Of a stretch of 64,000 nt of DNA, positions 27,659 to 38,293 are shown piece by piece. The position numbers and the translations under genes are program-made. Position 1 is the stretch's first letter; each line of letters opens with the position of its first letter. The stretch spans positions 2,109,326 to 2,173,325 of the forward strand of contig OY969108.1 in assembly GCA_963697965.1 (NCBI GenBank). Reading direction: 5' to 3'. Source of the DNA: an uncultured delta proteobacterium. GTDB taxonomy: Bacteria > Desulfobacterota > Desulfobaccia > Desulfobaccales > 0-14-0-80-60-11. A model generated the notes under the pieces. It had not been told where the DNA came from. It made no database searches and saw only the letters and a list, made by a program, of their open reading frames with translations.

Positions 27659-29527
27659 ATGGGCCATAAGCTCACAGAAAAGACGCATATCCTGGTCATC
27701 GGCGCCTTGGGGGTCGTCTTTGGCGACATCGGCACCAGCCCCCTTTACGCGGTCAAGGTATGCTTTAGCGGCCATTCAGCGCTGGCCCCTACTCCCCAAA
27801 ACGTCATGGGGTTGGTGTCCCTGATTTTTTGGTCGCTCATCATGGTGGTGAGCATCAAGTATTTCATGTTCATCATGCGCGCCGACGATGAGGGGGAAGG
27901 CGGCGTCTTTGCCATGCTCGCCTTGCTCCATAAGAATATGGGGCCCAACTTAAGCCGGGGGTTGGTCCTGGGCGGGCTCTTCGGTGCGGCCCTGCTCTAT
28001 GGCGATGGGCTCATCACCCCGGTCATTTCCGTTCTGTCCGCCCTCGAGGGCCTGGAAGTGGCGACCACCCAGGCCAAGCCCCTAATCCTGCCCTTGACCT
28101 GTCTGGTCTTGTTGCTCCTTTTCGGGGCTCAAAGACATGGGACCGCCCGCATCGGCAAATGGTTCGGTCCGGTGATGGTTCTTTGGTTTGTGGTTCTCGC
28201 CTGGCTGGGCCTCAGGGCCATGGCGAGCCAGCCCGGGATCCTGGCCGCGGTCAATCCCCTGCACGCCCTCCAATTTTTTCTCCACAGCGGCTTGCGTGGA
28301 TTTTTCATCCTCGGCCTCGTGGTGCTCTGCATTACCGGATGCGAAGCTCTCTATGCCGATCTGGGGCATTTCGGAATTAAAGCCATCCGCATTTCCTGGT
28401 ATTTCCTGGCGCTGCCGGCCCTGCTCTGCAACTATTTCGGCCAGGGAGCCCTCATTCTGGCCGATCCTCAAAGCGCCGCAGACTCTTTTTACCATTTGGT
28501 TCCCCGTATTCTCGTTTATCCCATGGTGGCCCTGGCTACGCTGGCCACCATTATCGCCTCCCAGGCGATTATTTCCGGCGTCTTTTCCTTGACCAGGCAG
28601 GCCATGCAATTGGGTTTCCTCCCCGGCATGCGGGTCCTGCACACCTCCAAAATGGCCGAAGGCCAGGTGTACGCCCCGGATGTGAATGTACTGATGATGC
28701 TGGCCGCGATTCTGCTGGCCCTTTACTTCAAAGAGTCCGAAAACCTGGCCGCGGCTTACGGCATTGCCGTGACTGGGACCATGTTTATCACCTCGGTGGT
28801 GTTTTATTTCATTATTACGCGGATTTGGCTGTGGAGGCCCGCTAAGGCCCTGCCCCTCTGCCTCTTGTTTTGGACCATGGACCTCACCTATTTCAGCGCC
28901 TGCCTGGGTAAATTTCTCTCGGGGGGCTGGTTCCCCCTGGCCGTGGCCCTGGTCATCGTGTTCCTCATGGTCACCTGGTGGGACGGCTGGAAAACTTTGG
29001 CCTTGAAGGTGATGACCATGACCATCACCAGAGATAAGTTCATTGAAAAGATCGCGGCCGAAAAACCGCTGCGCCTGCCTGGGACCGGGGTTTTCCTCTC
29101 CACCTTCCACAAAGAAGTGCCGCCCATGCTGCTCCGCTATCTTACCCAGACCAGCGCCTTGCCCGAAAACCTGGTAATCTTGTCCGTCCTCACCGCCGAC
29201 GTCCCTGAAGTTGAGGAGGATAAGCGGGTGGAAACCCAGGGATTGGGCCATGGGGTTTACAGGGTTACCGGCCATAGCGGGTTTATGGAAACTCCAGATG
29301 TCCCCGAAATACTGGTAAAGGCCCACAGACAAGGCCTGCCCATCGACCTTGACAATGTGACTTATTACCTGGGCCGCATCAACCTCGTGCCGGCCCGCAA
29401 AAAAACTATGACCAAGTGGCAAAGGTTTCTTTTTACCTTCATGCTCCGTAATGCCGTCAGCCGCTCAACCTTACTAAATATCCCCCCGGCCAAGGTTCTG
29501 GAAATAGGAGTGCAGATGGAGTTCTGA
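27659..29527 (+). CDS. kup: KUP/HAK/KT potassium transporter
   Basis: GVVFGDIGTSPLY, GEGGVFA, EALYADLGHFG, AYGIAVT, GGWFPL. Confidence 0.95.
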   Translation: MGHKLTEKTHILVIGALGVVFGDIGTSPLYAVKVCFSGHSALAPTPQNVMGLVSLIFWSLIMVVSIKYFMFIMRADDEGEGGVFAMLALLHKNMGPNLSRGLVLGGLFGAALLYGDGLITPVISVLSALEGLEVATTQAKPLILPLTCLVLLLLFGAQRHGTARIGKWFGPVMVLWFVVLAWLGLRAMASQPGILAAVNPLHALQFFLHSGLRGFFILGLVVLCITGCEALYADLGHFGIKAIRISWYFLALPALLCNYFGQGALILADPQSAADSFYHLVPRILVYPMVALATLATIIASQAIISGVFSLTRQAMQLGFLPGMRVLHTSKMAEGQVYAPDVNVLMMLAAILLALYFKESENLAAAYGIAVTGTMFITSVVFYFIITRIWLWRPAKALPLCLLFWTMDLTYFSACLGKFLSGGWFPLAVALVIVFLMVTWWDGWKTLALKVMTMTITRDKFIEKIAAEKPLRLPGTGVFLSTFHKEVPPMLLRYLTQTSALPENLVILSVLTADVPEVEEDKRVETQGLGHGVYRVTGHSGFMETPDVPEILVKAHRQGLPIDLDNVTYYLGRINLVPARKKTMTKWQRFLFTFMLRNAVSRSTLLNIPPAKVLEIGVQMEF

Positions 29528-29814
29528 AGATAAGATCGCTGCCACGGATTCTTGAAGAGGTTTCCAGGCAGGACCGTAGGGCGGGATTTAGTAGCGCAGG
29601 TTTAAAACCTGTGCCACCAAGCGCTTCCCGCCTTTCGCATCATTCCCTCTCCTGAGGGCGCACGTCCTCATCTCCCCCCCACTCACAACCATTAATACCG
29701 CATTGGGGCTTGATTGAGGTTTACCCCAATTGCTGACGGAGGGACATTCTTCGCCTTCTCGACCTAGGCGGTGCGGCCCAAGGGAATAAATTGGCCTGTG
29801 CTGTCACAAACTCC

Positions 29815-29844
29815 TTGACTAAGATTTTTCATCTGGGGTATAAA
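29815..29844 (+). promoter_or_regulatory. Putative sigma70 promoter of the nuo-like operon
   Basis: TTGACT-N18-TATAAA about 37 nt upstream of the nuoA start. Confidence 0.5.
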
Positions 29845-29880
29845 TGTCAGGGTTGTACCAAAAAGCACAAGGAGCCGGCC

Positions 29881-30273
29881 TTGGAAATCCCGCAGGCCTT
29901 GAGCGATTTTTCCTTTGTCCTGGCCTTCCTGGCGGGGGCCGCCCTCTTCGCCCTGGGTCCCATCATCCTGGCCCACCTGATTGCCCCCCGGAGTTATGGA
30001 GCCGCCCGGGATGAAATTTATGAGTGCGGGATGCCGGCCATCGGCAGCGCCTGGATTCAGGTGGCGGTCATCTATTATCTGTTCGCCCTGCTGTTCCTGG
30101 CCTTTGACGTGGACGTGCTCTTCCTCTTCCCGGTCCTGCTGGCTTACGGCAAGGGCTACGCCTGGCTCGACTTTGTGGAAATCACCATCTTCATCGGCAT
30201 TCTGTCCCTGGTCCTGGTTTATGCCTGGCGCCGAGGAGTCTTCAGTTGGAAACGAAAACAGGTGACCCCTTAA
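29881..30273 (+). CDS. nuoA: Complex I-like subunit A
   Basis: TTG start after AAGGAG; [23 protein letters not shown]. Confidence 0.9.
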   Translation: MEIPQALSDFSFVLAFLAGAALFALGPIILAHLIAPRSYGAARDEIYECGMPAIGSAWIQVAVIYYLFALLFLAFDVDVLFLFPVLLAYGKGYAWLDFVEITIFIGILSLVLVYAWRRGVFSWKRKQVTP

Positions 30274-30746
30274 TCCGCCTGGGCCTCCTGGAAGAAGCCC
30301 TGAACCTGGCCAGGGCCAACTCCCTGTGGCCCCTGACCTTCGGCCTGGCCTGTTGCGCCATCGAAATGATGGCCGCGGGCATGGCCCGTTTCGACCTGGA
30401 CCGCTTCGGGGCCGGGGTCTTTCGCCCCTCTCCCCGGCAATCGGACTTGATGATCGTGGCCGGCACCATCTCCAAGAAGATGGCTCCGGCCGTGGTTCGC
30501 CTCTATGAGCAGATGCCCGCCCCCAAGTGGGTGATCGCCATGGGCAACTGCGCCATCTCCGGCGGCCCCTTTTACTACCCGAACCAATATGCCATCGTCC
30601 CCGGCGCCGACTTGATCATCCCCGTGGATGTCTATATACCCGGCTGCCCGCCCCGCCCCGAGGCCATCATCGAATCGATCCTCATGCTGGAAGAAAAAAT
30701 CACCAAACGGGGCCGCCTCAGGAAGTTCAGAAATGTTAAAGGATAA
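30246..30746 (+). CDS. nuoB: Complex I-like subunit B
   Basis: [32 protein letters not shown]. Confidence 0.95.
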   Translation: METKTGDPLIRLGLLEEALNLARANSLWPLTFGLACCAIEMMAAGMARFDLDRFGAGVFRPSPRQSDLMIVAGTISKKMAPAVVRLYEQMPAPKWVIAMGNCAISGGPFYYPNQYAIVPGADLIIPVDVYIPGCPPRPEAIIESILMLEEKITKRGRLRKFRNVKG

Positions 30747-31188
30747 GATCCAAGCGGCCCTGGCCCCCTTGAACCTGGCGCAGGTGAGCGACGGCGATTA
30801 CTCAAAGACAGGCTATCACCTGGAGGTGGCCGCCGCACCCGGGCAGATGCCGGCGGTGGCCCAGGCCCTGCTTGAGGCGGGCTGCTTTCTCGAATCCCTC
30901 ACCGCGGTGGACCTGCGGGAATCCTTCACCCTGGTCTATCACTTCGCCAGTTTTGATGAACTGTGCCGCACCGTAGTGCGCGCCTCCCTGGCGAAAGAGA
31001 CCCAGGAGGCCCAGCCGCCCACCATCTCCCGGGTCTATCCGGGCGCCGATTGGTACGAACGGGAGGTTTACGATCTTTTCGGCATCAAGTTCGCCGGACA
31101 CCCCAACCTGAAGCGCCTGCTGCTGCCGGAAGACGCCGATTTCCATCCGTTGCTGAAAGACTTTGGAGCCGAACCCAAAAATGATTGA
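30733..31188 (+). CDS. nuoC: Complex I-like subunit C
   Basis: [30 protein letters not shown]; start at MLKDK. Confidence 0.92.
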   Translation: MLKDKIQAALAPLNLAQVSDGDYSKTGYHLEVAAAPGQMPAVAQALLEAGCFLESLTAVDLRESFTLVYHFASFDELCRTVVRASLAKETQEAQPPTISRVYPGADWYEREVYDLFGIKFAGHPNLKRLLLPEDADFHPLLKDFGAEPKND

Positions 31189-32293
31189 GTTAGGAATAGA
31201 AGAAAAGTCCTATACCCTCAACCTGGGTCCGCAGCATCCCAGCACCCACGGGGTCCTGCGGGTGCTCCTGACGATGGACGGGGAGTACATCACTAAGGCC
31301 GAACCGGTCATTGGCTATGGCCACCGGGGCCACGAACACATGGCCGAGAATCGCAACTACCAGCAGTTCCTGCCCAACATGGGCCGGGTCGATTACCTCC
31401 ACGCCCTGGCCTACAATCAGGGCTACTGCATGGCGGTGGAAAAACTCCTCGGCCTCACGGTGCCGGAGCGGGGAGAATTCATCCGGGTGATTTTGAGCGA
31501 ACTGAACCGCATCTCCTCCCACCTGGTGTGGATCGGCGCCTATCTCCTGGACCTGGGGGCCTTCACCCCCATCCTCTATGCCTTCGATGACCGCGAACAT
31601 ATCCTGGACCTGCTGGACCGGATCACCGGTTCCCGGCTCACCTACTGCTTCTACCGCTTCGGCGGCGCGCCCCGGGACCTCGACGAGGAGTTCATCACTG
31701 GCGCCAGGGCCTTTATCAAGCGCCTGCGCAGCCGCTTCGGGGATTACGAGTCTCTGGTGACCAAGAACGTCATCTTCATCAACCGCACCCGAGGCGTCGG
31801 TGTGATCACCAGGGAGCAGGCGGTGAAATACGGCCTCACCGGCCCCACCCTCCGGGGCAGCGGCATCGCTTACGACATTCGCAAGAGCGAGCCCTATTCC
31901 GCCTACCCGGCCTTCGACTTTCAGATTCCCATCGGCAGCAAGGGCGACGTCTTCGACCGCTATCTCGTCCGCATCCTGGAAATGGAGCAGAGCCTGCGGA
32001 TCGTCGAACAGGCGCTGGACAAGCTCCCCAACGGCCCCATCATGGCGGACAAGGTGCCCAAACGCCTGAAACCCGCTGCGGGTGAGGTCTATCAGGCGGT
32101 TGAAAGCGCCCGGGGGGAATTCGGCTGTTATATCGTCAGCCAGGGCGATATCAAACCCTACCGCATTAAACTGCGGGTGCCGTCCTTCGGCAATCTCAGC
32201 ATCCTTCCCGAGGTGGCGGTGGACACCCTGGTGGCCGATCTGGTGGCCATCCTGGGCTCGATGGACCTGGTGATTCCGGAAATCGACCGTTAA
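31181..32293 (+). CDS. nuoD: Complex I-like subunit D
   Basis: NLGPQHPSTHGVLR, ESARGE, DLVIPEIDR; no NiFe CxxC ligands. Confidence 0.95.
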   Translation: MIELGIEEKSYTLNLGPQHPSTHGVLRVLLTMDGEYITKAEPVIGYGHRGHEHMAENRNYQQFLPNMGRVDYLHALAYNQGYCMAVEKLLGLTVPERGEFIRVILSELNRISSHLVWIGAYLLDLGAFTPILYAFDDREHILDLLDRITGSRLTYCFYRFGGAPRDLDEEFITGARAFIKRLRSRFGDYESLVTKNVIFINRTRGVGVITREQAVKYGLTGPTLRGSGIAYDIRKSEPYSAYPAFDFQIPIGSKGDVFDRYLVRILEMEQSLRIVEQALDKLPNGPIMADKVPKRLKPAAGEVYQAVESARGEFGCYIVSQGDIKPYRIKLRVPSFGNLSILPEVAVDTLVADLVAILGSMDLVIPEIDR

Positions 32294-32296
32294 CTG

Positions 32297-32390
32297 ACGG
32301 TTTTTGGTTTTTGGTTTTTGGTTTTCTGTTTTCTGTTTTCTGTTTTCTGTTTTTTATTTTTTATTTTTTACTGGCTACTGACTACTGACT
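32297..32390 (+). repeat. Heptamer tandem array with drifting unit (ttttggt, ttttctg, tttttta, ctactga)
   Basis: About 13 consecutive 7-nt units fill the nuoD-nuoH gap. Confidence 0.85.
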
Positions 32391-33365
32391 ATGGAACTAT
32401 TGGCGCAATATTGGGCGACGGAAGCAGGCAGGATGATCATCGGCCTCATCGGGATCATCATGCTGGTTACGGTGAACGCCCTGTTTCTCATCTGGATGGA
32501 GCGCAAGGTCTCGGCCCACATGCAGCTCCGTCTGGGTCCCATGGAAGTGGGTCCCCACGGCGCCATGCAAACGGTGGCCGACGCCCTGAAACTCATGGGC
32601 AAGGAGCTCATCACCCCGGAAGAGGTGGACCGGCCCGTTTACCGGCTGGCCCCCATCGTCATCTTCCTGCCGGTGCTGCTCTCCTTTCTGGTGATCCCCT
32701 TTTCCCGGACCCTGATCATCAGGGACCTGAACGTGGGGATCGTGCTGATCCTCGCCTTTTCCACCCTGGCGGTCCTGGCCATCCTCATGGCCGGCTGGTC
32801 TTCCAACAATAAATACGCGGTCTTCGGGGCCATCCGTTCGGTGGCCCAAAATATCGCCTACGAAATCCCTCTGCTCATCACGGTGATGAGCGTGATCCTG
32901 ATGGTGGGCTCCCTCAGGCTCTCGGACATCGTGGCGGCCCAGGGTTCTCACTGGTTCATCCTGGTGCAGCCCCTGGCGTTTATCCTCTTTATTACTTGCG
33001 CCACTGCCGAAACCAACCGCGCCCCCTTCGACCTGCCGGAAGCCGAGTCGGAACTGGTGGCCGGGTTCCACACGGAATATACCGGCATGCGCTTTGCCCT
33101 GTTCTTCCTGGCGGAATACACCAACATGTTCATCACCTCGGCGGTGGGCGCCGTCCTTTTCCTGGGCGGCTGGCAAGGCCCCATCCTGCCCGGGGTGGTC
33201 TGGTTTCTCCTGAAGGTCTACGCCCTCATCTTTCTGATGATGTGGTTCCGCTGGACCTTCCCCCGGGTACGCTTCGATCAGTTGATCACCCTGGCCTGGA
33301 AGGTCTTGATCCCCCTGGCCTTCGCCAATCTGCTGATCACCGCCCTGGTATTGAAACTCAGTTGA
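32391..33365 (+). CDS. nuoH: Complex I-like subunit H
   Basis: [49 protein letters not shown]. Confidence 0.95.
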   Translation: MELLAQYWATEAGRMIIGLIGIIMLVTVNALFLIWMERKVSAHMQLRLGPMEVGPHGAMQTVADALKLMGKELITPEEVDRPVYRLAPIVIFLPVLLSFLVIPFSRTLIIRDLNVGIVLILAFSTLAVLAILMAGWSSNNKYAVFGAIRSVAQNIAYEIPLLITVMSVILMVGSLRLSDIVAAQGSHWFILVQPLAFILFITCATAETNRAPFDLPEAESELVAGFHTEYTGMRFALFFLAEYTNMFITSAVGAVLFLGGWQGPILPGVVWFLLKVYALIFLMMWFRWTFPRVRFDQLITLAWKVLIPLAFANLLITALVLKLS

Positions 33366-33391
33366 GAGGGCTGCTTACGGTTGACTGAGCC

Positions 33392-34033
33392 ATGCTGACC
33401 TATTTTAGAGAGATTGCCTCGGGATTCTGGAGCCTGCTGGCGGGCATGGCGGTGACTATCCGTTATTTCGTCAAACCCGTAGTCACCGTCCAATACCCCC
33501 GCCAGAAGATCGAGATGAGCCCGGCCTATCGTGGCTATCCCCGCTTTCTCCTGGACCCCGAAACCCAGACGCATCGCTGCATCGCTTGCGAGATGTGCGC
33601 CCGCATCTGCCCCTCCCAGCTCATCTCGCTCTCTGGGGTCAAGCTGCCGGGAGGCAAGCAGAAGGTGCCCTACACTTACGTTCACGAGCACTATTACTGC
33701 AGTCTCTGCGGCCTCTGCGTCGAGGTCTGCCCCACCACGGCCTTGGAATATTCCCGGGAATACCGTCTGACGGGTTTTCGCCGAGAGGATGCAGTCATCG
33801 ATCACCTGACCCTTTTGCAAGAGCGCCAGCAGGCCGCCGGTTTACCACTCACTCCCATCCCCACCGCGGCAGAGATAGCCGCGGCCGAGGCAGCCGAGGC
33901 GGCCGCCCGGGAAGCCCGGGAAAAAGAGGCTGCGGTTAAGGCGGCCCAGGCCAAGGCGGCCAAACCCGTCGAGGCCCCCGAGAAGTCCAAGTCGCCAAAG
34001 GCGCCGCCTGAACCTGAAGAGGTCAAAGAATGA
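33392..34033 (+). CDS. nuoI: Complex I-like subunit I with Ala/Glu/Lys/Pro-rich C-terminal tail
   Basis: VTVQYP; two CxxCxxCxxxCP motifs. Confidence 0.92.
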   Translation: MLTYFREIASGFWSLLAGMAVTIRYFVKPVVTVQYPRQKIEMSPAYRGYPRFLLDPETQTHRCIACEMCARICPSQLISLSGVKLPGGKQKVPYTYVHEHYYCSLCGLCVEVCPTTALEYSREYRLTGFRREDAVIDHLTLLQERQQAAGLPLTPIPTAAEIAAAEAAEAAAREAREKEAAVKAAQAKAAKPVEAPEKSKSPKAPPEPEEVKE

Positions 34034-34566
34034 GCGCCCTCTTAAGTCCGGAAAACCTGGCCTCCGCCGCCTTTATCCTGGTGGCGGCGCTCACCATCCT
34101 GGGCGCCTTGATTGCGGAGGCGGCCCGCAAGATCTTTCATAATGTCCTGGGGCTGGCCCTGGCGCTCTTCGGGGTGGCGGGCCTCTTCGTCTATTTAAAC
34201 AGCCCCTTTGTGGCCCTGATGGAGATCCTCATCTACGTGGGCGCCATCTGCATCGCCATCTGCTTTGCGGTGATGCTTTCAGAACCCCAATACCTGCCCC
34301 GGCCTCCCCGGAACCCCTGGAAGATCTCGGCAGCCCTGGCTGGCGCCCTGGCGGTCTTCATCTTTCTGGCGCTGCTGCTGAAAAAGACCACCTGGGTCCC
34401 GGCCTCGGAGCGCGCCTCCGATTGGTCGGTCACCACCCTGGGGCATTACCTCCTGACCACTTATTCCCTGATCTTTGAAGTGGTTTCCCTGCTCTTGCTG
34501 GTGGCCATGCTGGGGGCTATGGTCACGGCCCGGGGCGGCCGCGGCCGCGGGGCTCCCGAGAGGTGA
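34030..34566 (+). CDS. nuoJ: Complex I-like subunit J
   Basis: EILIYVGAI, FEVVSLLLLVAMLGA. Confidence 0.92.
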   Translation: MSALLSPENLASAAFILVAALTILGALIAEAARKIFHNVLGLALALFGVAGLFVYLNSPFVALMEILIYVGAICIAICFAVMLSEPQYLPRPPRNPWKISAALAGALAVFIFLALLLKKTTWVPASERASDWSVTTLGHYLLTTYSLIFEVVSLLLLVAMLGAMVTARGGRGRGAPER

Positions 34567-34569
34567 TCG

Positions 34570-34887
34570 ATGCTGCTCTTTAACCATTTGCAGACCTATC
34601 TCTATCTGGCCCTGGTGCTCTTCGCCATCGGCATTTATGGGGTGCTGGCGCGGCGCAATTTGATCGCGGTGCTCATTTCAGTGGAACTCATCCTCAACGC
34701 CGCCAGCATCAACTTCATGGCCTTCAACCGCTTTCTGGCTCCGCATCCGGCGGTGGGCCAGATCATCACCCTGTTCATCATGGCGGTGGCTGCCGCGGAA
34801 GCCGCCATCGCCCTGAGTATCATTATCGCGGTGTACCGCAGGCTTAAAACCGTGAATATCGATCAAGCCACGGAACTGAGGGGTTAA
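34570..34887 (+). CDS. nuoK: Complex I-like subunit K
   Basis: RRNLIAVLISVELILNAASINF, AAAEAAIAL. Confidence 0.93.
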   Translation: MLLFNHLQTYLYLALVLFAIGIYGVLARRNLIAVLISVELILNAASINFMAFNRFLAPHPAVGQIITLFIMAVAAAEAAIALSIIIAVYRRLKTVNIDQATELRG

Positions 34888-34889
34888 GC

Positions 34890-36819
34890 ATGGGCTCGTT
34901 CGATCCGATCCTTTGGGGCTGTCTCCTGACGGTATTTATGCCGCTGACGGCCTTTGGTCTGATCATGATCTTCACCAGAAACAGGCATTGCCTCTCGCTG
35001 GCCATCTCCGCTCACGGCCTCCACTATCCCCCTCATTATTGCCTGGAGCTTTTTCTTCACGCTAGGGGGCCTGGAAAAGCCCATCATCTACAACTTCCAC
35101 TGGCTGGTTTCGGACGTGGTCAAGGTTCCCTTCGGTTTCCTCCTGGACCCCACCAGCCTGGTGATGCTCTGTATCGTGGCCACCATCAGTTGGCTGGTGC
35201 AGATCTATTCCATCGGTTACATGGATGGCGACCCGGGTTTCGGGCGCTACTACGCCGACCTCTCCCTCTTTGCCCTGGCCATGCTCACCCTGGTGATCTC
35301 CAGCGGCCTCTTGCAGCTTTACATCGCCTGGGAACTGGTGGGCCTGGCCTCCTACCTGCTCATCGGCTTCTGGTATGAGAAATTCTCCGCCTCCGAGGCC
35401 GGGAAAAAAGCGTTTGTGGTCACCCGCTTCGGCGACATCGGCTTCTTCATGGGGCTGGTATTCCTCACCATATTCTACGGCAATTTGGATATCGCCTCAG
35501 TTAACGCCGCGGCCGTGGCCAAAACCATCCCGCCCTGGCTGCTCACCCCCGCGGCTTTGCTGATCTTTTGCGGGGTCATGGGCAAGAGCGCCCAGTTCCC
35601 CCTGCACGTCTGGCTGCCCGACGCCATGGAAGGCCCCACCCCGGTCTCGGCCCTGCTCCACTCCGCCACCATGGTGGCCGCCGGCATCTACCTCATGACC
35701 CGCATCTTCCCGTTCTTCTCGGCTTCGGCCACCGCCATGACCGTGATTCTGGCCATTTCCACCCTGACCCTGTTGATCTCCTCCACCATCGGCATGGTGG
35801 CTACCGACATCAAACAGGTGTGGGCCTATTCCACCATCAGCCAACTGGGCTTCATGTCCATGGGGCTGGCCGCCGCCGGACTGGCCTCCGGTACCATGTT
35901 CCCCGGCTATTACCACCTCACCACCCACGCCGCCTTCAAGGCCCTGCTCTTCCTTTGTTCCGGGGTCTTCATTCATCACTTCGGCACCAACGATTTTTTC
36001 ACCATGGCCAGCAACGGGAGCCGGAAGCTGGCGATTCCCATGGTCTGCATGACCATTGCCGCTCTGGCCCTGGCGGGCATCCCTCCCTTTTCGGGATTCT
36101 TCAGCAAGGAGCTGATCATGGGCACCCTCGGCCATCTCCCTAACAAGCTCTGGCTGGCCATGGGGCTTTTGGGCGCCTTCCTCACCGCCTATTACTCCTT
36201 CCGGGTGATCTTTGTCATGCTCTTTCCCAAACCCGGCGCCTACGGCAAGGTCCCCGGCCACGAGGAGGCTCATCCCGGCCAAGGGCATGCACACGGCGAC
36301 GCCACCGATGAACACCACGGGGTGCCCTGGGTCATGGTCTTCCCCCTCATCGTCCTGGCAGTCTTCACCCTGACCCTGGGTTTCGGCGAGGGCTACCTGC
36401 AGAAGTTTTTGTTGGGGGAAGCCAATCCCGAGGCGCTCAATTATTTCCTGATGGCCGGCGCCTTATGCTGCGGCGTGGGCGGCATCGCAGTGGCCTGGTT
36501 CGATTGGGGCGCGCAAGGCGCCAGGTGCCAAGGATTTATCCAAAAAGTTCCGTGGCTGCAGGAATTCTTCATTCGCAAATGGTACATGGACGACTTCTGG
36601 CGCTGGTTCCTCAACACCGTGATTTACGGCACTTTTTCCCGGTTATTTACCTACAATGACCGCCGGGTGGTGGACGGCGGAGTGGATGCGGTGGCCTTCT
36701 CCACCGTCGGCAGCGGCAGGCTGCTCTCTTTCGTCCAGACCGCCTTTTTGCAATACAATCTGTTCTTCATGGTTGTGGTCGTGGCCGGGGTCGGGATCTA
36801 CCTCTTGATGGGTCGCTGA
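34890..36819 (+). pseudogene. nuoL: Complex I-like subunit L, frameshifted near 35010 (or sequencing error)
   Basis: First ~40 codons read in the 34890 frame; LTASTIPLIIAWSFF... continues in the frame of ORF 35116-36819 (WELVGLASYLLIGFW, KSAQFPLHVWLPDAMEGPTPVSAL). Confidence 0.85.
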
Positions 36820-36820
36820 T

Positions 36821-38293
36821 ATGACCGAACACATGGCATCATTCCCCATTCTCTCCTGCATGCTGCTGGCCCCGCCGGCAGGACTGCTGCTCCTCCTGTG
36901 CCTGCGGGACGATCAGAAGTTCCTCATCAAGGCCGTATCCCTGGTGGCTGCGGGCATCTCCTTGGCCCTGGCCATTTACACCTTTGTGGCCTATGACCGG
37001 ACCCTGGGGGGCTTGCAGTTCGTGGAGAAGTACCAGTGGGTGAAGACCTTCGGCATCACCTACCACGTAGGGGTCGAGGGCCTGAACGCCCCCCTGCTGC
37101 TGCTCACCGGCATCGTCATCTTCACCGGTGTCCTCACCATGTGGGAGCTGGAAAGCCGCACCAAGGAATACTTCATCTGGATGCTGGCCCTGGTCACCGG
37201 GGTCTTCGGCGTCTTCATGTCCTACGATCTCTTTATGTTCTTCCTGTTCTATGAGATCGCCGTGGTGCCCATGTACATTCTCATCCTGGTCTGGGGCTCC
37301 ACCCGCAAAGAATACGCCGCCATGAAGCTCACCCTGTATCTGATGGCCGGCAGCGGTCTCATCATTCCCGGCATCCTGCTGCTCTATTCCTCTTCGGGCC
37401 TCCAGACCTTCGACATGATCCGGCTGCACGCCGCCCACTTCCCCTACTGGACCCAGAGGGTTGCCTTTGTGATGCTATTCTTCGGCTTCGGGGTCCTGGC
37501 CGCGGTCTGGCCATTCCACACGTGGTCGCCGGTGGGCCACGTGGCCGCCCCCACCGCGGTGAGTATGCTCCATGCCGGAGTGCTCATGAAGCTCGGCTCT
37601 TTCGCCATCCTGCGGGTGGCCATGTATCTCTGCCCGGTGGGTTTTCACTATTGGGCCCAGCTCATGGCCCTGCTGGCCACCGTGGGCATTGTTTACGGGG
37701 TCTTCGTGGGCTTGGCCCAGACGGACTTGAAGTATGTTATCGGCTATTCCTCGGTGTCCCACATGGGCATCGTCTGCCTGGGGCTGGCTACCGGCACGGT
37801 GGACGGACTCAACGGCAGTGTTTTCCAGATGTTCGCCCACGGCGTCATGACCGCCCTCTTCTTCTCTTCGGTGGGCTTTATCTATGACCGCACCCATACT
37901 CGGGACATTCACCAGTTGGGCGGCTTTTCCAAGATCATGCCGGTGGCCTCCGCCTTTTTCATCACCGCGGCCCTGTGCGGCGCCGGGGTGCCGGGAATGG
38001 CCAGTTTCTGGGCCGAATTGCTCGTCTTTATCGCCGCCGTCAAGGTCTACCCGGTGCAGGGGCTGCTGGCCATCGCCGCCCTGGTAGTGGGCGCCCTCTT
38101 CGCCTTGCGGGTGGTACAGAATACCTTCTTCAACGAGCCGAACCCCAAGTTCGTGCATTTTCAGGACGTCAGTCCCTTCCTGGGTTTGCCTCGCATGATC
38201 CTCATCAGCGTCTTGTTACTTTTCGGGTTTTTCCCGCAACTGATGGTGGGCACGATTAAAACCGCGATAATCCCCTTTCTCCAGGGAATGTGA
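36821..38293 (+). CDS. nuoM: Complex I-like subunit M
   Basis: FYEIAVVPMY, PFHTWSPVGHVAAPT, KYVIGYSSVSHMG. Confidence 0.93.
   Translation: MTEHMASFPILSCMLLAPPAGLLLLLCLRDDQKFLIKAVSLVAAGISLALAIYTFVAYDRTLGGLQFVEKYQWVKTFGITYHVGVEGLNAPLLLLTGIVIFTGVLTMWELESRTKEYFIWMLALVTGVFGVFMSYDLFMFFLFYEIAVVPMYILILVWGSTRKEYAAMKLTLYLMAGSGLIIPGILLLYSSSGLQTFDMIRLHAAHFPYWTQRVAFVMLFFGFGVLAAVWPFHTWSPVGHVAAPTAVSMLHAGVLMKLGSFAILRVAMYLCPVGFHYWAQLMALLATVGIVYGVFVGLAQTDLKYVIGYSSVSHMGIVCLGLATGTVDGLNGSVFQMFAHGVMTALFFSSVGFIYDRTHTRDIHQLGGFSKIMPVASAFFITAALCGAGVPGMASFWAELLVFIAAVKVYPVQGLLAIAALVVGALFALRVVQNTFFNEPNPKFVHFQDVSPFLGLPRMILISVLLLFGFFPQLMVGTIKTAIIPFLQGM

Noticed and set aside
29703-29745. attgggg...GATTGAGGTTTA-ccccaat-tGCTGAC resembling a fluoride riboswitch before nuoA
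   Set aside because: No 3' segment able to form the required pseudoknot, and the gene context does not fit
31181-32293. NuoD-like protein as a group 4 NiFe hydrogenase large subunit
   Set aside because: Lacks both N- and C-terminal CxxC nickel ligands (reads GRVDYLH and DLVIPEIDR)
32318-32812. ORF beginning MVFCFLFSVFCFLFFIF
   Set aside because: The hydrophobic N-terminus is just the translated T-rich heptamer array; the rest overlaps nuoH out of frame
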